From a virus (Duplodnaviria; Caudoviricetes): 64,000 nt of DNA. Shown here piece after piece: positions 18,497-27,409 of this stretch. Under the pieces are notes generated by a model. That model was not told where the DNA came from and did no database searches. It worked only from the letters and a program-made list of their open reading frames with translations. Position 1 is the first letter of the stretch. The number at the start of each line of letters is the position of its first letter. The position numbers and the translations under genes were made by a program. Location: IMG/VR virus record IMGVR_UViG_3300036801_000470, positions 1,613-65,612 of that record; one strand, given 5' to 3'.

Positions 18497-18655
18497 ATGC
18501 CCAAGGAGATCGTCATCGCCTGCGAGGTGTGCCGCACGGTCTTCCGCGGCGACCCGAACACCGCCGTGAGCCGCGGTTGGACCAAGACGCACCCGACGGT
18601 CCCCGGCTCGCGCTGGCGCTGCCCCGAGCACCCGCCCGACGCGGCCACAAAATGA
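18497..18655 (+). CDS. 52-aa Zn-finger-like protein (not in ORF track), probably leaderless
   Basis: MPKEIVIACEVC...RGW...WRCPEH; TGgTAGCTT extended -10 lies 6 nt before ATG. Confidence 0.55.
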   Translation: MPKEIVIACEVCRTVFRGDPNTAVSRGWTKTHPTVPGSRWRCPEHPPDAATK

Positions 18656-18688
18656 CGAAAGGCCCCTGATCCAGAAGGACCAGGGGCC
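18656..18688 (-). terminator. Hairpin terminator downstream of the endolysin
   Basis: GGCCCCTG...CAGGGGCC stem followed by TTTCG on - strand, between convergent genes. Confidence 0.55.
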
Positions 18689-18713
18689 AGGGGGAAGAGG
18701 ATGTTGTGCGGCT

Positions 18714-19439
18714 TCAAGTCGCGGTGGAGGATCCCCCCTTCGCGCAGAACGCCGTGAACGCCGCCTCGTCGCCGAGGAAGACGTCGGAGTCCACGGGTTC
18801 CCCCGAGGGGAGCCGCGACCCTCCGCCGTTGCACTGCCAAAAGGTGGCGCGCTTCCAGGGCTGCGGGACGACGAGGAGCGAGGTGTCAACCGGGTAGGCG
18901 TGCGTCAGCGCGACGGGGTAATCGACGACCCAGAGTGGGTAACGAGCGAAAGAGGGCACGCTCGCCCCGTCGATCCCCAGCCAGTAGTCCGGGAAGCCGT
19001 CATAGAGGACCGGAAGGCACCCGTAGAGGCGCTCGGCCTCCTCGAGGTAGGCCAGGGCCCAGGCGCGCACGCCGGCCGCCGTGAGCTTGTACGCGTGCCA
19101 CTTCGCCGACCCCGGCACGGGCCACTCGAGGTCGAGCGCGGGGGGGAGCTCCCCTCCCCCGCTCCCGAGCGCCCCGCACTGCTCGTGGTGCATGCGCGCC
19201 TGGGCCTCGGGCTCCCGCCCGGGCTCGGTCGGGTCCGGGGGGAGCGGGAAGCCGACGTGGTAGGCGCCCACCACGATCCCGGCGTCGTGCGCCCGCTTCG
19301 CGTGTTCGGCGAAGCTGGCGTCCGGGGCATCATTCCCGTCCCCGGCCTTCGCGTACAGGAAGCGCACGCCCTGGCGCGCGAGGGCCGCCCAGTCGATGCC
19401 CGTCTTCTGGATACTCGAGACGTCGATTCCGCGGATCAT
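18714..19439 (-). CDS. GH25 muramidase endolysin
   Basis: GIDVSS, YAKA, GAYH, PPALDLE, PLWV, FWQ, VDSD motifs; GGAGGG RBS. Confidence 0.92.
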   Translation of the reverse strand: MIRGIDVSSIQKTGIDWAALARQGVRFLYAKAGDGNDAPDASFAEHAKRAHDAGIVVGAYHVGFPLPPDPTEPGREPEAQARMHHEQCGALGSGGGELPPALDLEWPVPGSAKWHAYKLTAAGVRAWALAYLEEAERLYGCLPVLYDGFPDYWLGIDGASVPSFARYPLWVVDYPVALTHAYPVDTSLLVVPQPWKRATFWQCNGGGSRLPSGEPVDSDVFLGDEAAFTAFCAKGGSSTAT

Positions 19440-19456
19440 CACGCCCTCCGGGGAGC

Positions 19457-19930
19457 TCAGGTCTTCGTGGTCTCGGCCAAAGGCGCCGGAGGGGGCGGCG
19501 AGGGGATGGTCGAGTAGCGCCCGATCATCTGGGCTTCCGCCGCCGCCTCGGCGACCGCCGGCGGCGGCGAGGTCGCGCCAGGCGGCATGTTGTCGATGAG
19601 CGCCCGGATCTCGCCCTCGGTGAAGGGCTGCGTCGGCTCCCCTTCGACGAGAGGCGTCTTCACCACGAGAAACGGGAGTTCGTGCTGGTCGGCGTAGCGG
19701 CGCGTGCGTTCGACAAGCGCGCGGCCCCGCTCGAGGATCGAGCGCAGCTCGTCGACGTCGGCGGTCGACTCGGCGCCTTGCGCCATCACGGCCTCGAGCT
19801 GGCTCGCGCTGCAGCGGAGGCTTCTCGCCTCCCCCCGAAGGGTCTCCCCCTCTTCGTCGGTCCGGTCGACGAGGACGCCGACGACCCGGTCGAGCATCCC
19901 CCGCAGGCTCTGAACTTGATGCAGCAGCAT
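19457..19930 (-). CDS. Hypothetical protein
   Basis: AGAGG RBS, helical content. Confidence 0.6.
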   Translation of the reverse strand: MLLHQVQSLRGMLDRVVGVLVDRTDEEGETLRGEARSLRCSASQLEAVMAQGAESTADVDELRSILERGRALVERTRRYADQHELPFLVVKTPLVEGEPTQPFTEGEIRALIDNMPPGATSPPPAVAEAAAEAQMIGRYSTIPSPPPPAPLAETTKT

Positions 19931-19939
19931 GGGAACCTC

Positions 19940-20323
19940 TTAGCGGCCGTGGGACTCGCCGATCTTTCCGATCTCCTCGCTCACGTGCGCCGGCGCCCCG
20001 GTGAGCAGGACGCTTCCGAGCGGCAGCGACGGGTGGACCGTGGCGACGTCGCCCAGCGCGTCCTCCCCGCGCCAGACCGCCGGCGTGAGCCGCCACGAGT
20101 ACTCGTCCACCCGCACGACGATCCACGAGCCCACGATGGGGCGCGCGTTCGTGCAGACGGGAACCTCGCATTCGACGGCCGGCGCCGAGGCGATGCGCAC
20201 CGAAAGCAGAAGCCTCGCGGGCTTGCTCGGGAAGCCGCCCGCCGGAATGAACTCCCACCAGCGGGAGAGATCCCCGGAACCGGAGACGTGCCGCAACGCG
20301 TCGAGCTCGGTGGTAGCGCGCAT
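19940..20323 (-). CDS. Hypothetical protein
   Basis: GGAGG RBS before ATG 20323. Confidence 0.55.
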   Translation of the reverse strand: MRATTELDALRHVSGSGDLSRWWEFIPAGGFPSKPARLLLSVRIASAPAVECEVPVCTNARPIVGSWIVVRVDEYSWRLTPAVWRGEDALGDVATVHPSLPLGSVLLTGAPAHVSEEIGKIGESHGR

Positions 20324-20376
20324 GAGCCTCCAGGCGGGCCCCGCGAGGGGGCCGCGCGGCAGCGATCGAGCGGCGC

Positions 20377-20616
20377 TCAGGGCGCGTCCCCCGCGTCCAA
20401 GGGGGCGCCCGCCGGGTCCTTCGTGATGCCGTTCTTCGGGCCTCGGAACGTAGGCTCGCAGACGCCACGGAAGCACTCGCCGTCGCAGTCGCGGCAGGTG
20501 TACGGCGCCGGCGCCTCCGCATCCCCGAAGATGGCGCACGCGCCGAGACCGACGATGAGCGCCGCCGTGATCGACGCGGCCCACGTCTCGTCAAAGGTCC
20601 ACGTGAGCCGGGTCAT
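20377..20616 (-). CDS. Small membrane/secreted Cys-rich protein
   Basis: Hydrophobic helix, CRDCDGECFRGVC, DAG tail. Confidence 0.55.
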   Translation of the reverse strand: MTRLTWTFDETWAASITAALIVGLGACAIFGDAEAPAPYTCRDCDGECFRGVCEPTFRGPKNGITKDPAGAPLDAGDAP

Positions 20617-20846
20617 AGAACGCGGAGCTCCGGCGACGCGTAGACCCAGATCGACTCGACCTGTCCCTCGATGCGAGCGATCCGGCGATGGGAGGCGCCG
20701 ATGCGCTCGACAGGACCGAGCTGGAGGACCTTCCCTTCGACACGTCGGTCGTCTTTCGCGTCCACGTCGGTCACGAGGTAGTCGACCCGGTCGCCCACCC
20801 GGAGGGCCCAGAGCCGATCGATGTCCGCGGGGCTCGCCGCGCTCAT
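20613..20846 (-). CDS. Small SH3/KOW-like protein
   Basis: LRVGDRV...EGKV...ELRVL. Confidence 0.5.
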   Translation of the reverse strand: MSAASPADIDRLWALRVGDRVDYLVTDVDAKDDRRVEGKVLQLGPVERIGASHRRIARIEGQVESIWVYASPELRVL

Positions 20847-21139
20847 CGCGGGGCGCCCTCGCGGTACTGCACCCGGCGTTTCTTGCCGCCGATGAGGTTC
20901 GTGTTTTCGTCGCCGGGCCCGATCCCGTCCCCGGTGAACTCGCACACGATCGGGTCCTCTTTGCTCTCGTGGCAGAGGACCCCGGCGCAGTCGATCTGGG
21001 CGAGGTTGCAGCACCCCGCATGGCACGCGCACTGGCCGCTGCACTCCTTCACGGGAGGATTCGCCGTGCCGCTGAGCGAGGCGCCGCACGCCGAGACGAG
21101 GAGACACGCCACCGAGGCGAGAACGTAGAGGTACTTCAC
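20843..21139 (-). CDS. Cys-rich lipoprotein
   Basis: AAGGAG RBS, GTG start, lipobox VSAC. Confidence 0.6.
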   Translation of the reverse strand: MKYLYVLASVACLLVSACGASLSGTANPPVKECSGQCACHAGCCNLAQIDCAGVLCHESKEDPIVCEFTGDGIGPGDENTNLIGGKKRRVQYREGAPR

Positions 21140-21171
21140 TGGACGCTCCTTCGAGCACAACGCATGAGGGA

Positions 21172-21462
21172 CTACGGACAGGAGAGAAAGCTTCGGTCGC
21201 ACGCCACGACCTCGGTGGCCGTGTGCGCGGTCTCGGCGCAGGCGAGCGCCGCGCGCGTCGTCAGGTTCTCGGAGACGGCCTGGCGCATCACGTCGGCGCA
21301 GTCACGGTCCTTGCCGATCGCGCACCCCACCCGAGCGAGGTTCTCGCAAACGACCGGAGCGTCGGCGAACGGGGGTGCGCTCGGCTCCTCTCCAGGCGCA
21401 GGACGTGGGCACGCCGCGCACGCCGCGAGGAGGAACGCGACGGGAAAGAGGGCGCGCATCAC
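21172..21462 (-). CDS. Cys-rich lipoprotein
   Basis: LLAAC lipobox, paired cysteines. Confidence 0.65.
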   Translation of the reverse strand: MMRALFPVAFLLAACAACPRPAPGEEPSAPPFADAPVVCENLARVGCAIGKDRDCADVMRQAVSENLTTRAALACAETAHTATEVVACDRSFLSCP

Positions 21463-22385
21463 GCCACCGCCTTGAGGGAGACCTCGAAGCGCATCGCGAC
21501 GACGCAGAGGGCGCGGAACTCGGCACCGGTCACCCAGATGCCCGCCTCCTCACCCCAGTCGCCCCACGAATTGCTGATCCAGTAGGATGTCGAACCGTCG
21601 GCCTCGGTGCGGTAGTCGAGGACGACCACGCCGTGGAGATCGTTCTCGGTGCAGCCCGTCGGGTCCGCGAAGGGCGCCTGGTTCGGTACCCATCGATCCC
21701 CCCAGAGCTGCAGGGCGGACGTCGCGTGAATGCCGACGAGCACCGGCCACCCAATCGGGGTGGCCGAGATCGCCGCGCGAACATGGTCCTCGAAGTCCGC
21801 CTGGGTCGGGTCGAGGAGCTGGACGCGCGAGGTGTCAACGCCGCGCTTCCGTCCAAGCTCCGACTCCGCCGCGGTCGGGCGCGCGTGCATGTTTGCCGGC
21901 GGAGGACTCGGCAGGTTCTTGACGTCGTCCTCCGTCCAGACGTCGGACACGCGCCCGTCGGGGGAGAGCTGGACGCTGCCGTCCGCGTTGCGCGGCCAGT
22001 CGATCATCCCCTGGTGGTCGAGGGCGGTGATGCAATCGACCATGTCCACCCCCTCGTTCGGGAGGGGACCCGTACCGGCGTCTTCTTCGCTGCGGATCGT
22101 GGCCCAGAACCACCGGACCGACGCCTCGAAGGCCTCCCAGGAGGAGGCCGCGAGGCCCAGCGCGACGAGCTGCGCGATGACGACGCGCATCGCGGTGCTG
22201 AGGGCGTGGGCGACGCAGCCTTCGCTCCGTCCCTGGTTTAGGCGCAGTCGCCGGTGGCGCCGGAGCGATGCCGCCGGCGGCGAGGGCGCCGCGCCTTCGG
22301 TCGGGTGTGGTGCGCCGAGGCGATGGTGCTTCCAGGGACGATGGACCAGTCCCTTGCCATGGATCGGGGTCTGCTCTTCGCTCAT
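21459..22385 (-). CDS. Papain-like (C1) cysteine peptidase
   Basis: NQGRSEGCVAHA (oxyanion Q, catalytic C), LHGV (His), WISNSWG (Asn). Confidence 0.85.
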   Translation of the reverse strand: MSEEQTPIHGKGLVHRPWKHHRLGAPHPTEGAAPSPPAASLRRHRRLRLNQGRSEGCVAHALSTAMRVVIAQLVALGLAASSWEAFEASVRWFWATIRSEEDAGTGPLPNEGVDMVDCITALDHQGMIDWPRNADGSVQLSPDGRVSDVWTEDDVKNLPSPPPANMHARPTAAESELGRKRGVDTSRVQLLDPTQADFEDHVRAAISATPIGWPVLVGIHATSALQLWGDRWVPNQAPFADPTGCTENDLHGVVVLDYRTEADGSTSYWISNSWGDWGEEAGIWVTGAEFRALCVVAMRFEVSLKAVA

Positions 22386-22396
22386 GATGCGTTCCT

Positions 22397-22618
22397 TCAG
22401 CGGTGAATCAGGAAGAGAACGAGCGCGGCGCCGGCGCCCATGCCGAGCGCGAAGGCGGCCAGCGAGACGAGGACTGCGCGGACGATTGCGCGCTCCTCGG
22501 CGTGGGCTGCGTCGCTTGGGGGACACTCGAGGGCGTCACGCATCGGAGTCGCTGTCCCCGCGTTACGTTCGGGTGAGCATTCGTGCATACGCGCCGGCCC
22601 CCTCTTGAATGGAGGCAA
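22397..22618 (-). CDS. Small membrane protein (start uncertain)
   Basis: C-terminal hydrophobic helix. Confidence 0.45.
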   Translation of the reverse strand: MPPFKRGPARMHECSPERNAGTATPMRDALECPPSDAAHAEERAIVRAVLVSLAAFALGMGAGAALVLFLIHR

Positions 22619-22823
22619 GCGCCCCGTACGCGGACGCCGCCTTTTGCAAGGCCGCGAGCGCGTCTTCGCGGTTTTGGACCGTCTTGGCGTCGGTCTGTCT
22701 TTCCGTCGCGATTAGAAAGTCGTAGAGCGCGTAGTCCAGCGCACGGGCGATCAGTTCGGCGTGCGCGGCGTCGCGCTCGGTCTCGGCCGCGTCCGCGCTT
22801 CCTTCTTGTGCTGCTTCACTCAT
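22563..22823 (-). CDS. Hypothetical protein
   Basis: GAGG RBS, helical. Confidence 0.5.
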   Translation of the reverse strand: MSEAAQEGSADAAETERDAAHAELIARALDYALYDFLIATERQTDAKTVQNREDALAALQKAASAYGALASIQEGAGAYARMLTRT

Positions 22824-22830
22824 CGCGGCC

Positions 22831-23394
22831 TCACGTCTCCCAGGGAGGAACGAGGCCGGGCACGTCATCGAGACGGCGCCGCCGCTCATTCAGGTAGCGC
22901 ATCGCCGTCGGGAGCGCCTGGACCTGGAAGTCGACGGGGAGATGCGTGTGGTTCGCGCCCTGCACGTTCATCTTCGCGATCTCGACGTGCCAGCGCCGGT
23001 CGGCGTCCATCTCGTCGACGTCGGTGAGGACTCGTTCGGCGCTTCGCCAGGGACCGAAGCGCGCCTCGAACTCGGAGGCCAGGAGGACGACGCGTACGTC
23101 GATGTCGCGCGGCGTGGCGTCCTTGAGCGCGCCACCGCAGAGGAAGACCGGGCGGCCGTAGCGGCTCGCCATGAGGTTCGCCCAGCCGCGGAGCATGCGG
23201 CCCTGCCAGTCGTTGAGCTTGCGATCCGCCCACGATTCGTGGTCGACGCGCGCCTCAAGAACCGCGGCGAGGGACCGGCCGCCGCAGACCTTGCAGGAGG
23301 CGTCCCCATCGCAGCCGGCGTAGTTCGTCCCCGACTCGCCGACTCCGCGCCAAGCGCCCGGGCACCACCACTCGCCTTCTTTGGGATGGGTCAT
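22831..23394 (-). CDS. Minimal Pol-beta-type nucleotidyltransferase
   Basis: VFLCGGALKDATPRDIDVRVVL (hG[GS]..DhD) and third Asp in LPVDFQ. Confidence 0.7.
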   Translation of the reverse strand: MTHPKEGEWWCPGAWRGVGESGTNYAGCDGDASCKVCGGRSLAAVLEARVDHESWADRKLNDWQGRMLRGWANLMASRYGRPVFLCGGALKDATPRDIDVRVVLLASEFEARFGPWRSAERVLTDVDEMDADRRWHVEIAKMNVQGANHTHLPVDFQVQALPTAMRYLNERRRRLDDVPGLVPPWET

Positions 23395-23762
23395 GTGACG
23401 TTTCCGTTCGTGATGAAGCCGTGCCAGCAGGACGGCGTCCCGACATCCACGCTCGGCGTGAGCGTGAGATCCTCGAGATTCGTCCCGCTCATCGTCCAAC
23501 GCGTCTTGGTGACGCGGTCCCGCCCGGTGATGCCGAAGTTCGCCTCGACGATTGCAGCCCCGCGTGGGTTCGCGAACGGAACGATCAGCCCGTGCGGGCG
23601 CGCCCCGTCGAGTGGGTACTCGGCCTTGCCGTAGCCGCACGGACACCAGAGGTTGATTCCCTGAGCGCCGTCGATGCTCGACAGATAGCAGAAGGACCCT
23701 TTCTCGGTGCCGCGACCGATGAAGGTCGCTTCGAACCACGGATCCGACAGACGAGCGATCAC
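23391..23762 (-). CDS. DUF6527-like protein
   Basis: LWCPCG...WT...LTLTPSV...CWHGFITNG; AAGGAG RBS before GTG 23762. Confidence 0.7.
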   Translation of the reverse strand: MIARLSDPWFEATFIGRGTEKGSFCYLSSIDGAQGINLWCPCGYGKAEYPLDGARPHGLIVPFANPRGAAIVEANFGITGRDRVTKTRWTMSGTNLEDLTLTPSVDVGTPSCWHGFITNGNVT

Positions 23763-23774
23763 GGCGTCTCCTTT

Positions 23775-24141
23775 TGCGCGCTCTCGCGCGACATCGAAGC
23801 CAGGCTGTCGGTCCCTCTTCGGTTCCGCCCGGCTCGCCTCTTCGATCACTCCGTCGGCAGGCACCAGCAGAACGCGCCGGCCGGCTGAACAGAGAGGTGC
23901 ACGATGCTCGTGTGCCGCTCGATCTGCCGCCCGTAAGGGTCGCCCTTCGCCTCATCGCTGCTCACGAGAACCAGGTTGACCCCGGGCATCCCGCCAAGGC
24001 TCTCCCAGGTGCGCGTGACGAGCGCGTCGTGACGCTCTCGCTGCCCGTCGATGAAGACGATCGCCTGTCCGACTTTGATGTCTCGATTCGACATGATGTC
24101 CGCTGCCCTTTCGCGACTTCGGTGTCGCGCGAGAGCGCGCA
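23775..24141. repeat. 25-bp inverted repeat pair (23775-23799 and 24117-24141, 24/25 identical) enclosing one gene
   Basis: TGCGCGCTCTCGCGCGACATCGAAG on + and TGCGCGCTCTCGCGCGACACCGAAG on -. Confidence 0.9.
23846..24094 (-). CDS. 82-aa SH3-like conserved phage protein
   Basis: IKVGQAIVFID...ALVTRTW...VNLVLV...TSIVH...W pattern. Confidence 0.7.
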   Translation of the reverse strand: MSNRDIKVGQAIVFIDGQRERHDALVTRTWESLGGMPGVNLVLVSSDEAKGDPYGRQIERHTSIVHLSVQPAGAFCWCLPTE

Positions 24142-24152
24142 GTCCTTCGTTG

Positions 24153-24428
24153 TTATGTTCCCGCTGTCCCACGCCGATCGGCGAGTTCCTTGAGGAATCC
24201 CCAGCAACGATGCGCGCACGCGTTCGCGTGGTCGGCATTGTGCGGGAGACCGCCTTCGGTGGGGAGACAGTGCGGCGGCAGCGAGAGCATCGCTCGCTCG
24301 GCTTCGCTCATCGCCATCTTGAGCAAGTCGTCGTCTGTCGCGGCTCTGCGACGGTGCCTGGCATATGCCTCGCGGAGCGGCTCGACCATCTGCTTCTCTT
24401 GCACGGCTGGCTCCCTTCCGTAGCTCAC
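24153..24428 (-). CDS. Hypothetical protein
   Basis: GTGA coupling with upstream gene. Confidence 0.45.
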   Translation of the reverse strand: MSYGREPAVQEKQMVEPLREAYARHRRRAATDDDLLKMAMSEAERAMLSLPPHCLPTEGGLPHNADHANACAHRCWGFLKELADRRGTAGT

Positions 24429-24682
24429 GCGAACAGCGTTCGAAGCTGCCCGCTCAGCCCCACGATCGGGATGGCGATGCCAGCCACCTCCGACGCGATC
24501 TTCAGCCCCGCCACGAGCCGGTCGAAGACCGACACCGAGGCGATGACGTTCGCGTCGCGGTACGTCCGCAGGAGCAGTTCGAGGTCCTCCGCCGAGGCCT
24601 CGGCGAGCGCCTGAACGTCCGCCGGCTTGAAGCTCGTCTCCTCGGCGATCTTGGCGATCGCCGTCATCATCTCGGGCGTCAT
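24425..24682 (-). CDS. Hypothetical protein
   Basis: GGAGGA RBS before ATG 24682. Confidence 0.6.
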   Translation of the reverse strand: MTPEMMTAIAKIAEETSFKPADVQALAEASAEDLELLLRTYRDANVIASVSVFDRLVAGLKIASEVAGIAIPIVGLSGQLRTLFA

Positions 24683-25041
24683 GGTCCGGCGTCCTCCCGC
24701 CAGGCGCACGTGCACACGTGATTCTGGCAAACGAGCGATTCTCGGCACGATGAAGGGATCGGCACCGGCTTGGGCGGCGGTGGGGGCTGGCAGACGATCG
24801 CCCCGCCGGCGTCGGGCGGGCCCGCGTCGTTCCGGACGAGCACCCTTTCCGCCGCGCAGAACGCCGCCCGGTCGCGGGCGGCCGCCAGCGTCGTCTCAGG
24901 CCCGCGCTCGTAGTTGCGAAGCGTCAGGTCAGCGACGTCGCGCACGCTCGCCGCGTCCTCGGGGGCGAGCGCGTAGCGCACGCAGGAGGTCACGGCGAGG
25001 ACCGACAGCGCGGCGAGCCCGATGCGGAGCGAGGAGCCCAC
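24679..25041 (-). CDS. Lipoprotein (possible spanin-like)
   Basis: Lipobox VTSC, Pro-rich C-terminus. Confidence 0.55.
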   Translation of the reverse strand: MGSSLRIGLAALSVLAVTSCVRYALAPEDAASVRDVADLTLRNYERGPETTLAAARDRAAFCAAERVLVRNDAGPPDAGGAIVCQPPPPPKPVPIPSSCRESLVCQNHVCTCAWREDAGP

Positions 25042-25048
25042 GCGCGCC

Positions 25049-25843
25049 TCAGTGGTAGCGCGAGAGCGACGCGATCTGGTCGTGCAGCGCGGCGCGGTGC
25101 GCGACGTACGAGGAGTCGAGCGTCGGCCCCACGCCGCCAAGCGCGGCCCCTGTCTTCGGGTCCGCCCATACGTCCACGGCGGCCACCACCCTCGCCAGCG
25201 CGTCTTGCGCGTCGGCGATGAGCTTCGCCCAGTCCTGCGCCTTCCCGTCCTGGTAGGCGGCGAGGGCATCGTTGATGGCAGACACGGCGTCCGCTTCGCT
25301 CGACTCTGCCCGATCGAACGCGGCCTGGGCGCTCGCCTGCTGCGATGGCGCTAGGCGCTGCACGATGACTGCGAAGAGCGCCTTGGCGCCGTCGTTGGCG
25401 ACGTTCAGGGCCAGCTCGAAGTCGCCCACGTACACGGCGGGGCTCTTGGCGATGTCCTGCGCCAACGAGCACCCCGAGGTCCCTCCGAGCGCCAGCGCGC
25501 CGAGAAGCATGACCGCGGCGCCACCTTTGGCCATGGTCGACGCGCGCGCCCGTCCGAGCGTGAGCCCGTGCGTGTCGATGACCGGTAGTTTGCCCAGCGC
25601 CTTCGCCACGATCGTGAACAGCGGCACCTTCGGGAAGAGAGCGGCCAAGCCGGTGAAGAGCGCCGACAGCAGCGTCCCGACCCCCATCGCCACCACGATG
25701 TAGTGATCGAAGCTCCCGCCTCCGGCGGGCGCCGGAGGGGGAACGGGTGTCGGGTCGGCCTGGATGGCCAGGGCGGCCGTCGTCCCGAGCAGGACAGCGC
25801 CGAAGGTGAAGACCGCGGATCGATGCTTGATGAGGAACTTCAT
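25049..25843 (-). CDS. Multi-pass membrane protein with a helical C-terminal domain (holin/spanin candidate)
   Basis: Three or more hydrophobic segments, internal TSGC lipobox-like motif, GGAGAGG RBS. Confidence 0.6.
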   Translation of the reverse strand: MKFLIKHRSAVFTFGAVLLGTTAALAIQADPTPVPPPAPAGGGSFDHYIVVAMGVGTLLSALFTGLAALFPKVPLFTIVAKALGKLPVIDTHGLTLGRARASTMAKGGAAVMLLGALALGGTSGCSLAQDIAKSPAVYVGDFELALNVANDGAKALFAVIVQRLAPSQQASAQAAFDRAESSEADAVSAINDALAAYQDGKAQDWAKLIADAQDALARVVAAVDVWADPKTGAALGGVGPTLDSSYVAHRAALHDQIASLSRYH

Positions 25844-25917
25844 GCAGACCTCTCCCGTCCGAGCCCGGGGGCTCGGCTGTTGCGGCTCCGCTGGGAGCCG
25901 GTTCGCTATGCGGCCCG

Positions 25918-26598
25918 TCAGCCCTCGTGGCCGTCGGTCGGCACGGCGCCGAGCGTGGGCACATCGACGGGCGGCAGCCTCGACGCGGCTGCCTTGCAGT
26001 CCTTGACGAAGGCGGCGCCGACCAGCGCCAAGAACACCGCGAAGGCCGTCCCCAGCACCTGGCCAATAAGCTTCTGAGAGGTCTCGTTGAACGAGGCCCC
26101 GATGCCTTCGAGCATCGACGTCTGCCGGGCGTTCTCGGCGGCGATGCGCTCGTTCTGGGCGATGACCCGCTCGGTCTTCTCGTCCACCCGCTCGAGGATC
26201 GGCGTCTGCGCCTTCGTCTCCGCGGCCGCCTCGACGGCATTCATCGCGGCAACCCGGAGCGACTCTCGCCCAGAGCGAATCACCTCGTTCGTCACCGACT
26301 GCGCCGGCGGCCGCACCGCGTGTGTCGGGGTCGCCGGCTCGATCGGCGGAAACGCCACTTCGTACGACGGCAGCGATTCATGAACGCCGGCCACGATCTG
26401 CCGCTCGACGGTGTCGAGCCGAGCCTCCATCGCGCTCAGGCGCTTGCCATGGCCCTCGCTCTGCCCCTTGATCAGGTCCACGTTGCGGCCCATGCGCCGC
26501 ACGGCCCGCAGCGTCTCGCGCGCTAGCTCGGCGGCGTCCTCGGGCTCGGGAGGGTCGGTGATCGGCGTGCCGTCGTCGGTGTTCGTAGGATCTTCCAC
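25918..26598 (-). CDS. Coiled-coil protein with C-terminal TM helix
   Basis: Heptad-rich sequence then LIGQVLGTAFAVFLALVGAAFV. Confidence 0.65.
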   Translation of the reverse strand: MEDPTNTDDGTPITDPPEPEDAAELARETLRAVRRMGRNVDLIKGQSEGHGKRLSAMEARLDTVERQIVAGVHESLPSYEVAFPPIEPATPTHAVRPPAQSVTNEVIRSGRESLRVAAMNAVEAAAETKAQTPILERVDEKTERVIAQNERIAAENARQTSMLEGIGASFNETSQKLIGQVLGTAFAVFLALVGAAFVKDCKAAASRLPPVDVPTLGAVPTDGHEG

Positions 26599-26623
26599 GG
26601 GTTGCGACTTTCTGCCCTACTGA

Positions 26624-27400
26624 ATGGACCTGATTACCGGAGCCTTCGAGACCTCTTACCGTCCTGGCGCGATGATCGCGGTTGACCAGCTCCCCGCACG
26701 CTTCGGCCGTCGTTTGCGTCGCTACACCGCCCAAGCGAGGGCAGGCCTCGCTGCAGGCATCCGTGTCGCGCGCGCGCCGGCGAGCCTCCTCACGAGCGAC
26801 CGCGACGTGCGCCTAGCCGTCTCGCGTTACCTCGAGGCCTCGAAGCCAGCCGCCCTGAATCTCGGCAGCGGTACGGTCCCCATGGCCGGCTGGTTCAACA
26901 TCGATCTGGACGGCCATGGCCAGATCTCGAGGGACCTAACGCAGGGGCTGCCGTACCTACCCGACGACTCGTTCGACTTCGCGTTCAGCGAGCACTTTTT
27001 GGAGCACATCGAGCGGCGCCAGGCGGCGCACTTGCTCACCGAGGTCCGCCGCGTCTTGCGGGGCGGCGGGCGCCTTCGCCTGGCCATCCCGGACCTCGAT
27101 CTCGTGATCGACCGCTATCGAGACGGGCGCTGGAACAGCCGCGACGATGAAGGACTTCAGCGCGGGTTCGCGCCGCACTACGGCGGCGCGCTCCTCACGC
27201 GCGGCGAGTGGATCGACATGGCGTTCCGGCAGTGGGGTCACCGGTACCTCTACAACTTCGAGGACCTCTCGCGCGTGCTCTCGCAGGCGGGCTTCCGCTC
27301 GATCGAGCGCGTCGCCCACAAGCAGTCGCGCGAACCGTTCCTCGCGGGCCTCGAGACCCGGCCGCCGGATGCCTCCGCCCTCGTCGTCGAGGCGAGCTAG
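26624..27400 (+). CDS. Class I SAM-dependent methyltransferase (glycan-locus type), opposite to late transcription
   Basis: LNLGSG, WFNIDL, DLTQGLPY..DSFDFAFSEHFLEH, RVLRGGG.LRLAIPD. Confidence 0.85.
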   Translation: MDLITGAFETSYRPGAMIAVDQLPARFGRRLRRYTAQARAGLAAGIRVARAPASLLTSDRDVRLAVSRYLEASKPAALNLGSGTVPMAGWFNIDLDGHGQISRDLTQGLPYLPDDSFDFAFSEHFLEHIERRQAAHLLTEVRRVLRGGGRLRLAIPDLDLVIDRYRDGRWNSRDDEGLQRGFAPHYGGALLTRGEWIDMAFRQWGHRYLYNFEDLSRVLSQAGFRSIERVAHKQSREPFLAGLETRPPDASALVVEAS

Positions 27401-27409
27401 GCTCGCGGA

